The translations under genes and the position numbers were made by a program. Below are positions 49,110 through 62,019 of a stretch of 64,000 nt of DNA, piece after piece. Each line of letters starts with the position of its first letter. The stretch's first letter is position 1. Under the pieces are notes generated by a model that saw nothing but the letters and a program-made list of their open reading frames with translations, was not told the DNA's origin and ran no database searches. This DNA is from Iphione sp. A-MEVVRFRX5 (lineage: Eukaryota), in the NCBI GenBank assembly GCA_976226885.1, contig OZ320316.1:81282001-81346000 (forward strand), given 5' to 3'.

Positions 49110-52100
49110 GAAACAAGTGTTACAGTTTGAACAATTTTTCTTGACATTTTTGTAGATTTTTTTAATAATTTCATTTTTACCGGAAACTTATACAATACAT
49201 GATAGTATTTACATCCATTACATCTTTCACAAATATATCAACTGAAAAACAATTAGATGTAACGCCAAATGTACACATGAGAGGATGAAAGTTACTCTAT
49301 TCTTTGCTTAATGCCATTTGAGTTAATTTCCATGTCTCCGCATGTTAAACCATCATATCATTTTTTATTCATTAAAATTTGCTAATCCATATTGAATGCC
49401 ATACCGAGATGCTACAGACGATGCCTGCACATCTCATTTCATTCATTGGGCAAAATCATTTGGATAATGCAGACAAAGCCTGCATTTCATGCATTACAAA
49501 TAGCGTAACCATCCAACCTATGTTAACATGTTAATGATTTTAATACCTATACATAACAGAAATAAATGGATTAGCAGGTTTATATACCCATAAACTTAAA
49601 ACATTTCTATTTAGTACCACCAGGTTAACATGTTAAAACAAAAAGATATTTTTAGAGTGTGAATATGGTATTTGTTTTTACTGTAGTACAAATTGAAACA
49701 CCACAGATTCACATCAATACATTCAAACAAACACGGAAGCACGGAGATAAACACGGTCCAGAAAAATAGGCACATGGAGGTTTAGGATATGACATGCGAA
49801 AACTCTCATTTCTAGAGTTAATAAATAAATATGTACAAACCAGGTGATAAGAATATCCATATGATTTAAAGATGGTATTGTCCTGCTACCAGTGTCCTAT
49901 TGTTTCGAAGTATACACCCCTCTGTGGCACTCCAACACGTCTTTAATTTGCATAGTGCTCGTGTGCTTTGTGTTCAACAGTTACGTCCATAGTCATCTAT
50001 GAATAAATGTTCCAATGGTCTTAACATTTCATTAAAGTATTCATCCTCCTTAATCATAATTGTCCGCTCTACTTCAACATCAACGCCTACGTCCATAAGA
50101 CGTCTCGCAGTGGTACAATGGAATTTTGCAGCGCTGTAGAGTAGTATGGCGTCTGCAACACACCTACTAAGGCCACGATCCAGGATCCAACAGTATTCTT
50201 GACCAGCTGGAGGTACTCGGCCTGGCGACCACTATATCACAGCGACCTGAGGTTGCCTTCCCGCTCCAGGCGCACTGACAGCGGCGTATCATCGATTGGC
50301 TGGAAGACAGTCTTTTGAACATTCCATTCGGCAAACCTGCAGCAGCACTGCCGGTGGAAAGGCCATCTCCTGATAGATAGTTTTTCCCTTGGGCAGTTCG
50401 AATTAGTATAATACTGGATTCCTTTCGATCAAAGATCCTTACTCTTATCGTGCCACGATTACTTACACGGTCTGATCTAAGCAAATATAAAGCAATGAAG
50501 GAGTTGGTTGCAGTCTAATAGGCCAGTTACCTCAAAACATATCTTAAGACAATCTTTCAGAAATATAATTTCTCACTGTTAGATCTTCATTGACCGGCAT
50601 ACACTATGACAAGAAATAAAACAATGAGTGTTCCTCCAAGCATTAACTCTTTCCCTTTTTAGATATCTCGTTCCTACTAAAGATGCTATATGCATGGTTA
50701 CGAATTGTCACATTCTTTGCGACATTTCCTAACCATGCATAGCTGATGGCATACCCTCTTCCAGCACATGAACAAATGTTAATAGGGGCATCACAAGTGA
50801 TACTTTTTTCAATAACAATTTAGGAACGCAAACCATTATCCACAGCACATTTTATTTATTGGAATCCAAACTAGCAGTAGGGAAAGGCTGAGGCAAATCC
50901 AGTTTCCTCTGACAAATTCAGGAGTACCGACTGCTAGATACAGTAGGAGAACAAAGCTCTCTCTATTATTTGTAATGCACTGGCAGATTACTATAAGTAT
51001 TAGTTTCTCATTTAGCAGCACGATCCAATGACACATATGTACTGTGTTGAAGGCCGCATATTCCTCACAAGTATTTTTTTTCAATTTTAAAACAGGTCAT
51101 AATTTTAAGATAGCTGATTTTAGTCAAGCTCTTGCTATCCTGCAATCGAGTGGATAAGAACCTAATTATCCTGTCATCTGGTTTCGTTCAGTGAAACGAC
51201 TGTTTTCGATGGTTGTTTTGCTGGCATGCTGCTTCAGTGCGATGGTAATTGCCTACGTTAAAGACAGATGTAATCCTCCGTTGACACCAATACCGCTTGA
51301 CAGAACTTTCTTTTAATTTCGCACTTTAACTAATCGCCAGACATGTTTTTTTGGACGCCGTTTCAACTGGACATCGTTCAGTACCATCCTTTAGGATCAG
51401 GCACACCAAGCACGCCAGTTATGGCACCAATGGTGTCAGAAATGTGTCACTCTTCCTATCTAAATATCACGACCTTCACTGTTCCAGCTTCCTCTTCGCA
51501 ATTTTGTTTCAGTCCAACTAACCTGATGCAAAGACTATTTATCGTTCCTGGAAGTGTCTCAAGGTACAAGGAAAATGCAAGTAAAATAGGTTTATAAGAA
51601 AATAGTTGGTACTATACCTTGACACGGCATACATGATTACTCCTTTTAAAGAAGTAATTATCGTGTTACATCACAGTGTGAAATGGGTGCGTTATTAATG
51701 ACCATTTGTTTGTCTGAACCGGTTAAGCGCGAGATATCCCTGCGGTATTATTTACAATCCCTCCACCCGTTCCATTATCGGAGTACGAAACAATCCCACG
51801 GATTACTCCTAGAAGAGTGTCACGTAGTCTATAACATCAGAACTATTAGTAATTGACTCAACGGTATGACCTTGCCTCTGAGAGGAGATTTCAGTTCGTA
51901 AAACTACTCTCTCGTGCCACGTACCTTCAAAGAAGAAGAATGTATTAGAGATGTATGGATGACGTCCAAAGATTGGCGCATCCCGCAACAAGAGATAAGT
52001 CAGCCTAACTCGGCTGACAGGATGTCCGGTCTGACAACCACTCAGTCGCTACCTGGGGAACAGAGGCTGGCCTTGACGCCTTATCGGTAACCTCAACACT

Positions 52101-52688
52101 TTCAGGCATGTCATAGGCCGGGAGATGCAGAGATACAATATAAGTAGGCATCGCCTGATACACACCATCTACATGCCGCCTCGTCTCGCTATGCTGATTG
52201 ATGCCTGCAGCTTGTGAAGTCAGTCAACACGTTAGAGCTGAACCTCTCATCTTCCTATGGGTTTTATTCATCGTCTCATGCAACAATCGATCTAAAGTTC
52301 TGGGTGGCATTTCAAAGGTAATGAGAAAGTCTCCCGCCGCCCATCCACCCCCCCTACCCTGCATCAAGAATCAAGAAATGACGTACCAAGCGATCGCAGC
52401 TGAGTCAGCAACTAATTTCTGTGCTGCGAGAGGAAAGGAAATGAGCTGACTGGTAACACGTCTCATCCTGGGATTAGCTCCGCTCCAAAGAGCGCGATAT
52501 ATCAACATGCCATTACGTTATGTTGATCTCGATCAGACAAGAAACTACGCAATACCTTTAAAACATGTAATATATATGGAACTCTATTGAGATGAGCGCA
52601 GCATAAAATTGCATCTATTAGTGTCAGCGATATAACCTCTCAACGCCCTGCATCCAATTCATATAATTCTTCTTCATAACTGTGTATA

Positions 52689-53241
52689 TACAGAGATGAC
52701 TCCAAAACAAAACACTCAAAAACCGAATTTTCCCGATTCCAAACGATTTTTTCTAGAAACTGAACATTTGTGTCGATTTAGAAACTCATATATCTGAAAT
52801 ATTCACTTTCCGAAACGGAACGCTGTTATTTTGTTAAAATAAACTGAAATTACACTAAAAAAAACTAGACAGTGAGCCTGGTCGCTCTTCCCTAAGTTTG
52901 TTATAATCAAAGGCAAATGCTACTGACTAACAAGGGTTTATCCACGCTTTCTCCCTGAAATTTGCTGTTTTCAGCACTTTCTCCATGGAATTTGCCACAA
53001 TCTCCAAGAAATAGCCGTTTTTCGGCACTTTCTCCATTGAATTTGCCACAATCTCCATGGAATTTGCCACAATCTCCATGAAATTGTCATTTTCGCCATG
53101 GAATTTGCCACAATCTCCATGAAATAGTCATGTTTCAGCACTTTCTCTATTGGATTTGCCACTATTCAAAATCTGAATTTTCCAAAATCCAAATGTTTTC
53201 GGCGGAAACAAGGATCATTCGGATTTGGAATATCCTCTGTA
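52689..53241 (+). mobile_element. TA-flanked MITE, same family as 31501, with a different internal minisatellite
   Basis: Left end TA-CAGAGATGACTCCAAAACAAAACACTCAAAAACCGAATTTTCCC; right end (reverse complement) TA-CAGAGGATATTCCAAATCC. The CTCCATGGAATTTGCCACAAT array spans about 52975-53160. Confidence 0.8.
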
Positions 53242-54966
53242 TATATACACCGTTATGAGATTAGAATCAGTCTTTGCGTCCTCTTCTCGGCCCGCCTTAC
53301 CGCTAGATATCAGGATCTCTAATAATATAGACCTAGAAAAACAATTACCTTACAGAAGAAATTTCTCTGTCATGACTGAACAAAGGTTATCTTTATGTCC
53401 AATTCCCTGAAACATGCTCCTTGAAGATCCGCGAAAGCCCCAGGACCTAATAAATAATCGTTTACTACATGTCATTCAGTTGGTTCTGTGAGTTGCACAC
53501 CATATGTTCCATTTCCAATAATAATTTGAATGTGTACTTATATTAGATCTCGATTGAAAATGTAACTATGAACTAATCATTTCATTTAGGTGCATTTGAA
53601 CTGTACACAGGAAACCTTCCTGAACCTGAACTGAATCTTTACAAAACCACGGTACCAATACAATCATCGAATACGAGATAATATAGCATTGACCATATAG
53701 CACACACGCGTATCCTTTTGGCATAATACATGGAAGGAACCTCATCCTACACGCCCATAGAATCTATTTCTTGCCATCTGCTTATCGCTACAGGTCGAGC
53801 GGTTCGCCATGACACTGAATATAAGCCGTGGTAACTTCCATCTGATAGAGCTTATTTTCCTTATGACTAATAAAACCAAATTACTACTTTCTATGGTTAC
53901 ATTACATGCACTATTCTTGAGCACTGCGTATTCTGATTTGTTGCCTCTAGTGCAGTTTTCTTATGTCGTGGTGAAGGCTTTTCTGCAATGACAAATAAGT
54001 AGCATCTGCATAGATGCATCGGAAAAATGTACAGTTAAATGCCATGTACCAAACAGACTAACGATGTGGACAAACCTTGAATCAAGACAGCATGGGAAAG
54101 TGCAGAGAATGTTTTCCTACTCATTGTGATTATCACCAGTTACGTATGATGAGAAATCTGACAAACTGAAACACCATGGTAGTGGTGCAAATGTAATGAG
54201 AAATGGAAGCACATGACTTAAACTCCATTTGTTTATCGTTAAAATGTGTTTACATCCAAGTTATTCAAAAGCTACAAAGACACATTGGACCCGGCCCAGT
54301 GGGGTGTGTGTAAAAGGACACTAACTTTCCAGAAAGATATAGGAATATATAATTATAGGATTTCCCCCCTCCCCTCCCTCACTTGGAGAATACCTACTAG
54401 TGGTCTCATTTGTTAGGCCAGCAAAAGTCATCTTCAAGTAGGCAATATTCATCCAATTCAGAAGTTACATTTGACAAAGATTGTATATTTGAGAATACTG
54501 CTGACCACCAAAACAACACATAAAGCAATATGAACAGTGGGTAATACAGGACAGGAACCCTCCTACATCTTGGCTTTACAAGTCTGCAAAGAACACGTGA
54601 GCGAGTGAGCAAGTGAGTCAGTGAGTGTTTGTGTGTGGATATGTGTGCACATGTGTAATTAGAATGTATGTTAGAATGTAGGTGGAAATCATGCACTGTA
54701 TAGTTAGATTCCTAAATCAAGATAAATATTAAATTATTAATTAATGCTATCATTGAATTGTCTAACAGTAAAGATGATACAAAGAACATATTATCATAAC
54801 TACGATACTAAAAGTACGTTTCCCTCAATTAGGCATTGAGTACTGAGTACTGAATAATGAGTACTATCACATAGATTAAATATGACAGTGACCCTGGGAA
54901 AAAAAGAGGGTAGGTGGTCTGTGAAGTCTTGGTAACATCTCCAACATAAATAAAAAGAACGTACTG

Positions 54967-55141
54967 TACAGTGGGACCTTTCCAGTATGGACAACAAAAG
55001 GACTGACCATAAACTGGTCATAGATTGGATGTCCTTACTAGATGGAACCATTTGAACCTAAATGAACAGATTTGCTTCCAGCCTGTCAATTTTGCAGGTG
55101 TCTTGAATTCAGGGTTGTCCATAACCAGGGGTTCCACTGTA
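54967..55141. mobile_element. pogo/Tigger-type MITE (~175 bp)
   Basis: TIRs TACAGTGGGACC...TATGGACAAC and (reverse complement) TACAGTGGAACC...TATGGACAAC, with a TA duplication. Confidence 0.8.
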
Positions 55142-55289
55142 TTATCTTATGCAGACAATATTCTGTGCAGCAAAGCTGTCCAAATCAATGGAGTTTGTCA
55201 CCTCGCTGTAACAAGCAGCCTGCTTTTTAATTATAGACATCTAACATAGGAAAAAATGATAATTGCATATAATCCAAGCATATAGACTA

Positions 55290-55628
55290 GGCCCCCCCAC
55301 AATTGGTGTGTTTCTGGTAACCCACCCCTACCTAGTAAAACCTCACCCCACCTAAAATGTTTTTGGCTCCAAGGAATTTCCAAGGCAGCATTTTCTTAGA
55401 TATATGTTTTCACAGCACATGTTTGGTAAATTCAATAGAAAAACAAGAAAATCCATGGAAATTCAGCAAAAAACTGCAAATTGGTCAAAATTCTTCATAT
55501 TATCTTTATCTTATTGAAAACCAGAGTAAGAAAGTGGAAAGAAAACTTTTAAAAAAAAGATACCCCCCCTCCCTACCTAGGTTTTCGGGTGGTCATTACC
55601 AGAAATGCACCTAATTTTTGGGAGGGCC
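55290..55628 (+). mobile_element. Full-length MITE with ~30-bp TIRs
   Basis: Left end GGCCCCCCCACAATTGGTGTGTTTCTGGTAACCCACC; right end (reverse complement) GGCCCTCCCAAAAATTAGGTGCATTTCTGGTAATGACCACC. TA-flanked, with a second copy at 1-230. Confidence 0.8.
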
Positions 55629-55799
55629 TTAGAGAAGATGGGTCCATCTACATTTAAGGCTAGACGAATGTAATAGATGACAGGTATCAGCAGAAATATG
55701 AGTAAAAGACTCCGTAAAGGTTGTTGCCAATCTAGAGAGTTTCTGGGGACACATGAATAATTTGCGAGCACTCCGAGAATGCCAAGTTCCAAACAGACA

Positions 55800-56500
55800 C
55801 TGATGATAATCTAGTTTAAATTACTGAAAACATATCTCCTGGTGTGTGAACTCCATTCAATCTACTAATACAACAATGCAACTCAAGACAACTCAGAATC
55901 TAGATTAGTTCATCTTTATTGATGAGTAGACGTACAAGCAAAGTCAAAGGAGCTATCTGAAAAGTCCAAACAACTGAGATCATTATATAAATAAGAGGTC
56001 CTACCCTTAGAGTTCACTATAGCCTTTAGACTCCAATCTGGAACACTGTTGGGTGAATGCTTTGATTAAACTTTGCATAACCCCAGAATTAATTACTTCT
56101 CCAGGTGTTTTCATGTAACTAACACTCAGTGGCTTCCTTTTGACACCTTATTCCAAGAGTCCTATCGTGTCTCTACATTTACTAAGGTTTTCCTTTTACT
56201 GCTCATGTAATTAAACATGTCAGCCAAACAAGTTGAACACAACTCAGCTATTGAACTGCACAAGCATTACTTTAATACTTATATCTATACACTATACAAT
56301 GAATCCACTTTCAATAAAGTTTTACAACACACTACATCACAGTTTCCATTCACAAACATAACTGCCTTACAGGAAATAGTACTATAACACAGCTAACTGT
56401 GTTATGCCAGGTACAGTGTTATGTTCGACTTCAGATAGATCCAGTGGGATATTTTTTCAAGAGGAGAAAATACTTTGTCCGTTACCTAACTGCTATAAAT
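55800..56500 (-). mobile_element. Degraded LINE RT remnant
   Basis: Minus-strand fragments EWKL*CSVVKLY*K, INSGVMQ and YNDLSCLDFSD occur in RT motif order. Confidence 0.5.
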
Positions 56501-58899
56501 CAAATTCTTGATAAGGTGAACTGTAGGTAACATATTATTTTGTAAAGGCCGCACAGCATATTTCATATTCTAATAGTATCATCGCAGCATGAGTGAGTAA
56601 AATGAAGACAGTCTAGAATATTTGTATAAAGTTCAATAATTTGCAGAAAAAGTGTAGAAAACTGCCATTTGAAATAAAATATTCCACTAAGGAAATATTC
56701 ATTAAGTGTTTCTAAAATGCCGATTGAAATTAATGTACACAATGTTTCTCCTTTTGACATAGTTCCAACTTTTACAGCTAACTATCCAGTAAAAGAGCAC
56801 TTATGCAGTGTTGGAGTCCTTAGGGTAGTTTCCATAGTGATGTCTCTTAACGGCCTTGATAGCTTTCAATTTTTATGTAACCTAGTAAGCTTTCTGATAT
56901 CTGTTTCTTAGAGTATGTACGGAATAATTTATTCTTATCGTGTAGACAAATGTTTGTTATATGATATCATTTAGTCCCTGTCTTCATACCCATAAAGATA
57001 TAGAATATGTCTGGCGATGAATGTAAATTTGATGTAAATATGACACATTAAACCTGATTAAACCTGACAAACACATTGTTTGTCACTAATTCAGAAATAT
57101 TTTGTTCACCTTTCTTTACCTTTTTGTTTTCATTTATCATAAATAAAAAGTCACAATAATCTTGTATATGTTCCGGAAGCGTTCAGAGCTGATGTGTGAG
57201 GTCTGTACCAGGAGGGCAAGGGCAAGTTAATGTGTTCAGACGGTGTCATCGATCCTGAAGAAGTGAATTGTTTTGTTGACTGGTAACCTGGGAAAGACAT
57301 CGGGAGTGTATATCAAGTCAGACATAGGCTAACTTTCCAATGTAGTTCTAAGCACTAAGAGTTTTTCTACATCCAGGGGAAAATGTACACGTTTAGTAGA
57401 AAAAAACATGCTAATGGTAGGACCATCGATCAGCATTCGAGGCGCTGTGAAAAGAATACGCTCAGGGGCAACAATACCAGATAAAGCCATCGGAGACGTT
57501 ATCTCCAGCGCAATGATAGTGTAGCACTATAGACAAAATTATTTCTGCGTATCTCATATACTTTCTTGTTTAAATCCTAAAAACACTAGATGATGGAGCC
57601 AACACGATAATTGAGCTTTAACATCTCGAATATTGCTGCTCTCCGAAAATATGGATGTGATCAATGAAAATATGTCATAAACAGCTATCACAGCTTATCA
57701 CAGAGATAGCCTAAGTGATATCAGATCAAGGGATGCTCATACAACGACCACCCAGCCACAAGCACGGCACCTGTTGAATGTCAATTGATTGATTGCACCT
57801 CGACACAGTATGCATTGAATGTACAAGGCTGGGCTGTCCAGCCTGGTCCCCTGGAACAGATTACAAATTGTATTCATCACATAGATACGGCCAATCTTTG
57901 CTTAACCTTTGTAGAAGTGACCATTACCTTTATCGACATTTGCTATTTACTTGAAAATATAGTAACCCATCCTTTTAGTTGGCTTTTGATCTCTTGGGCT
58001 CATTTCTCAATGAAATAAAGGATAGTCGTCGCAGGACCAGCCTAATACTCTTTTCTTGAGAGAAAGCAAGACAGTGGATACTCTTTCGGAAGCGTTACAT
58101 AGTTATCAATTAGTGAGGTTTATGTGTATCATAGACAACCATCCTTATTTTGAGCTCAACTGACTCCGGTTTACCAATTAAGTCATGTAACTCTTAACTT
58201 GAGATCTTGAAGTTCTGAGTGGTAAAACAAATATTATTATTAGACTAGGCTGGTGCAGTTGTAAATACACACAATGGGAATAAATTACAGTATTTCAGTA
58301 TGATTTGTGCCAGCAATTATAATCGTGCTTCGCTGGATACAAATCCGGTCCACTGTCAATTTCGGTGCTCAAAGTAGCACGAGTACACCGAACTTCACAT
58401 GGGATATTAATGTTAATCGAGAAACTGACCCATAGCTGACACCTGACGCACGGCTCAAACAGGCATTCAGATTCATTCCGTAAAGATGTGATAACTATTC
58501 GCAAGTTCCTTCCTCCTAATGTCGCACTAATGGACTAAAACCAACTTTGTAATAAAGGGAGGCTACAAGGAGGCCATATGAAGAAATTTCATGTGTACAA
58601 AGAGCCTTCATGTTGTTGGCTCTCATAGCACATATAATACATTTCCCCAAACTGTCCAAGATTGAAGCTCTGAAGATCCAACAAGTTTAAAATGAGATTT
58701 CTATATAAAGAATCTTTACAATACAATTATATTACATTATTGTGTCAGTAGGTGCATTGTACATAAAATGTTAATACATTTATAGAGATTATGTTCAGTG
58801 CTTGGCTAGCTACTTTTCTAAAGGTTAGGTAGTTCCATCTCAATCCCTTCAAATCTTTAAGGCACATTCCGAAACGGAGAAAAAGTATACTAGATTTAG

Positions 58900-60730
58900 A
58901 TGGGGCTAGACCTGCACCTCTGCACATGGAACCAAATGCTGCTAGGAGCCTCTTAAGGGTTTGGTGGGAGTTGGAAGAAAAAATTGGACCTCGGCTCGAG
59001 TTGGTAGGTGACTGACTCTGGTTTATCTAGTTGTTACAAGAGCAGTTCTTTGTCAGTTAAAATATTGCCACCTCAGTCATGGAAGCATAAATTGGCTTTG
59101 GATGCAAACCTGGCAACAGGTTCCCTGCTCTATTGTGTTTTAGGTAGTACCATATCTCCTACACAATATTAGACTGGATGATATTCCTCCTTGCCTCAAT
59201 ACAAGATTTCGTGACCAGTGGCCACCCTGTTGTGGAGTGTGCGGTTGCTCATTAGCTTTTTAACAGTTCTTGTTTCCAAAGTCTCACTCAGCTCGTACAC
59301 ATTTACAGAGTGTGTCTGGGTTCTTTATACTTCATTGCCTCCCACTGTAATGCTGCTGGAGGAGTAATAAAAGTCCCTTCTATGACTAGTCCATCTTGTG
59401 TAAGAGTAAGTTCAGTTGTGACCTTCCTAAATTCTCAGACAGTCTTAAGATCAACAGTTGCATCCAGTCTATATTTTCTTTCAAGGAAAAGCAACTGTCC
59501 TGTGAATAACAAGCCTTTTGGTGCACCAAGCATTGGGTCTTCTACACGTGCGTTCAGCACATCTGTGCTGTACATTGCTTGGGAACATTTCCCACGCCAG
59601 GGAAGTTTACAAACTCCTCGGTGACAGGTGCTTGCTTTTCTGTGGCTCTTATCTGAGGCCATCAGATTTCTGGATAGATAGTCTGATGGGTTATCTTTAC
59701 CTGTGCAATATTTAACTATTAGCTGATAAGCCAATAACCCCATAGCCCAACTTTCAAAGTGTAGGGGTAGTTTTGCATTTTGCAGTGTTAAATGGTCTGT
59801 AATCACATTGACTGATGTACAGAAAATGTCTCTCTCAAGGTGGCTCTTATAGCAGTGCTCAACGGGGTGAGTTCTTAGCTCCCATAGACTATAACCCTGG
59901 GTTTCTTGTTGTGATACTGGACAAGCATTATACCTAGTCTAATAGCAGATGCATGTACGATTACTTCCATCTTTTTACATAGAAATATGCAACAGCTGGG
60001 ACATAACTTAAAGCCCTCTTTAATGAGTCCTACACTACCTGCTGCACATACTGACATGTCAGCTTTTGTTCCTGTGTCAGTTCACATATATAGGGACAAT
60101 TACTGTTCAAAAGTATGGGATGAACTGCATGAGTTCATGCATAATAAATTTTGAACTTCTACATTTATAGGCAGTTTTATCTCCAAGAGTGCCTGCAAGT
60201 CATTAGGGTTGGGTTCCATGCCTTCCTTTGAGAAGATCATGCCATAGAACTCCATTAGTGGCTTGTGGAGTTCACAGCTGACAAGGTTTGCAGTCTAACC
60301 ATTCTCAGTCAGCCTATCTAACACCTGATCCAGACATTTATGATGTTATTTCATGAATCTTTGCCTATAAGGCCTTATCAAAATAAATATGTCATGTGAC
60401 ATATTGAAGGAACATCTATTCCCTCGCTAACACTCATAACTACTTAATATGTCACTGGCACTTGAAATGCTGAAATTCAGACACTTATACTGCCACAAGC
60501 ATTCACGAGATGAGAATGTCATAATGTAGCACGATTCTTTACTGAGTACCAACTGATGGTATCCAGATTTAAGGTCAAACTTGCTAAAGACTCTTACATT
60601 GTTCACCGTATGAACAATATCATCACTGGAGAATCTCCGCCGAACTCAGAACTTTATATCATGCCTTTTCGCAGATACAAACAGACTTAAGAGAGGTGTA
60701 GACAAGGGCATTCCGCCATCCTTTTTACAG
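58900..60730 (-). mobile_element. Degenerate Ty3/Gypsy pol (RT, RNase H, start of integrase)
   Basis: FSKFDLKSGYHQLVL...TF...LNFSISSA (RT), ITDH...WAMGLLAYQLIVKYCTGKDNPSDYLSR (RNase H end) and ELTLTQDGLV...ITPP (pre-integrase) occur in Gypsy order. No LTRs recognised. Confidence 0.85.
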
Positions 60731-62019
60731 ATATAATTAATATAATAGATATAATTTACTAGATATAATTAAGAGAGACTTCAAGGAGACCATGTTGAGA
60801 GTGCCTAATTTTATCATTTTAATGGGAGCAAGGAGCCTCGATGTCGTAGGCCATCATAGCGCATGAACACCGATGTTATGTGGGTTTATTGAAATTACTT
60901 CACTACTTGGCCGGCATCTCGCTATATTGATTAAAAAAATAAAATCGGGCAACAACCATCATAACACAAGTTTTGATTCTACCTCCGGGTATATATCTAT
61001 ATATAAAAATACTTCTGTACACCCGCATGGCTTCATGACATACATTAGAGCCCTACATACATACATCTGTTCAATTGTACATGTGATCATAGGGGAGATC
61101 GCTCTCCCTCCTGTAGAGATAAGTTTATCCGTCGTACAAAACGATTGGTCTGAATAGAACACGTTACTTCTTTTACATCCGAATAATATACCCGTTTATT
61201 TTGGTAACTAGCACAGATACACATAGATTTCCTAAGTAATACGTAGTCTTCCTCGTCCAAGGATAAGGCATCTCTTGGTCCATGCATAGCTAAAACTAAA
61301 AGAGTTAATAGATTGCAAGAATGTAGGTGGTTTTATTTCAGTGGAGCTGTATCAAATAAGCCTTACTTGGAAGTACATACTCACCTGAGTTCAAATGAAT
61401 CCCTGCTGCAGCATTGATGGTTGCTATGAAAGGTCGATAAGGAAATTCATCAGTAGATTCCATTTATACACTATGGTATGATCTAAACAATTTTCTCTAT
61501 CTAATGTGTACATATATTTAACTAAATAAGATATTTCTTTATTCAGAAACCTTGTTTACAAAGGTCTTCATCCGAGATTGTGTACAAGCACAACATTTGA
61601 CATTCGACAGTGTAATTGTACTACTCATTAAATACATCGTGATAGACGAAATTAAGTAAATATAGGAACATCTATGCAAAACTTATTAATCTATGTACAA
61701 ATGTTGGCACAATAAAGTGTATCATACAACTGATAACCACAGCATTTGTCATTACAGATTTATATCACAGATGACACTCCTTATCACAGAATAATAATAT
61801 ACGCCATGCTTTTTCTTCTCAAATGCTTATATGCCATTCCTTGCAGCACTAAAAACTAGGGTTAATAGAACAATTGACAATGCTACTTATTGACCAAATT
61901 ATGTTGTACATTCCAGATGAAACTTAGCCATAGTTATACCACATCCCTATATGCATTGTTTTTCTAATTTACTCATTAAAATTGTGATTATATCAACACT
62001 CAGCATTTGTTCCGTTTTG

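Noticed and set aside
52971-53162. ORF with repeated WRLWQIPW
   Set aside because: It is a translation of the MITE-internal minisatellite.
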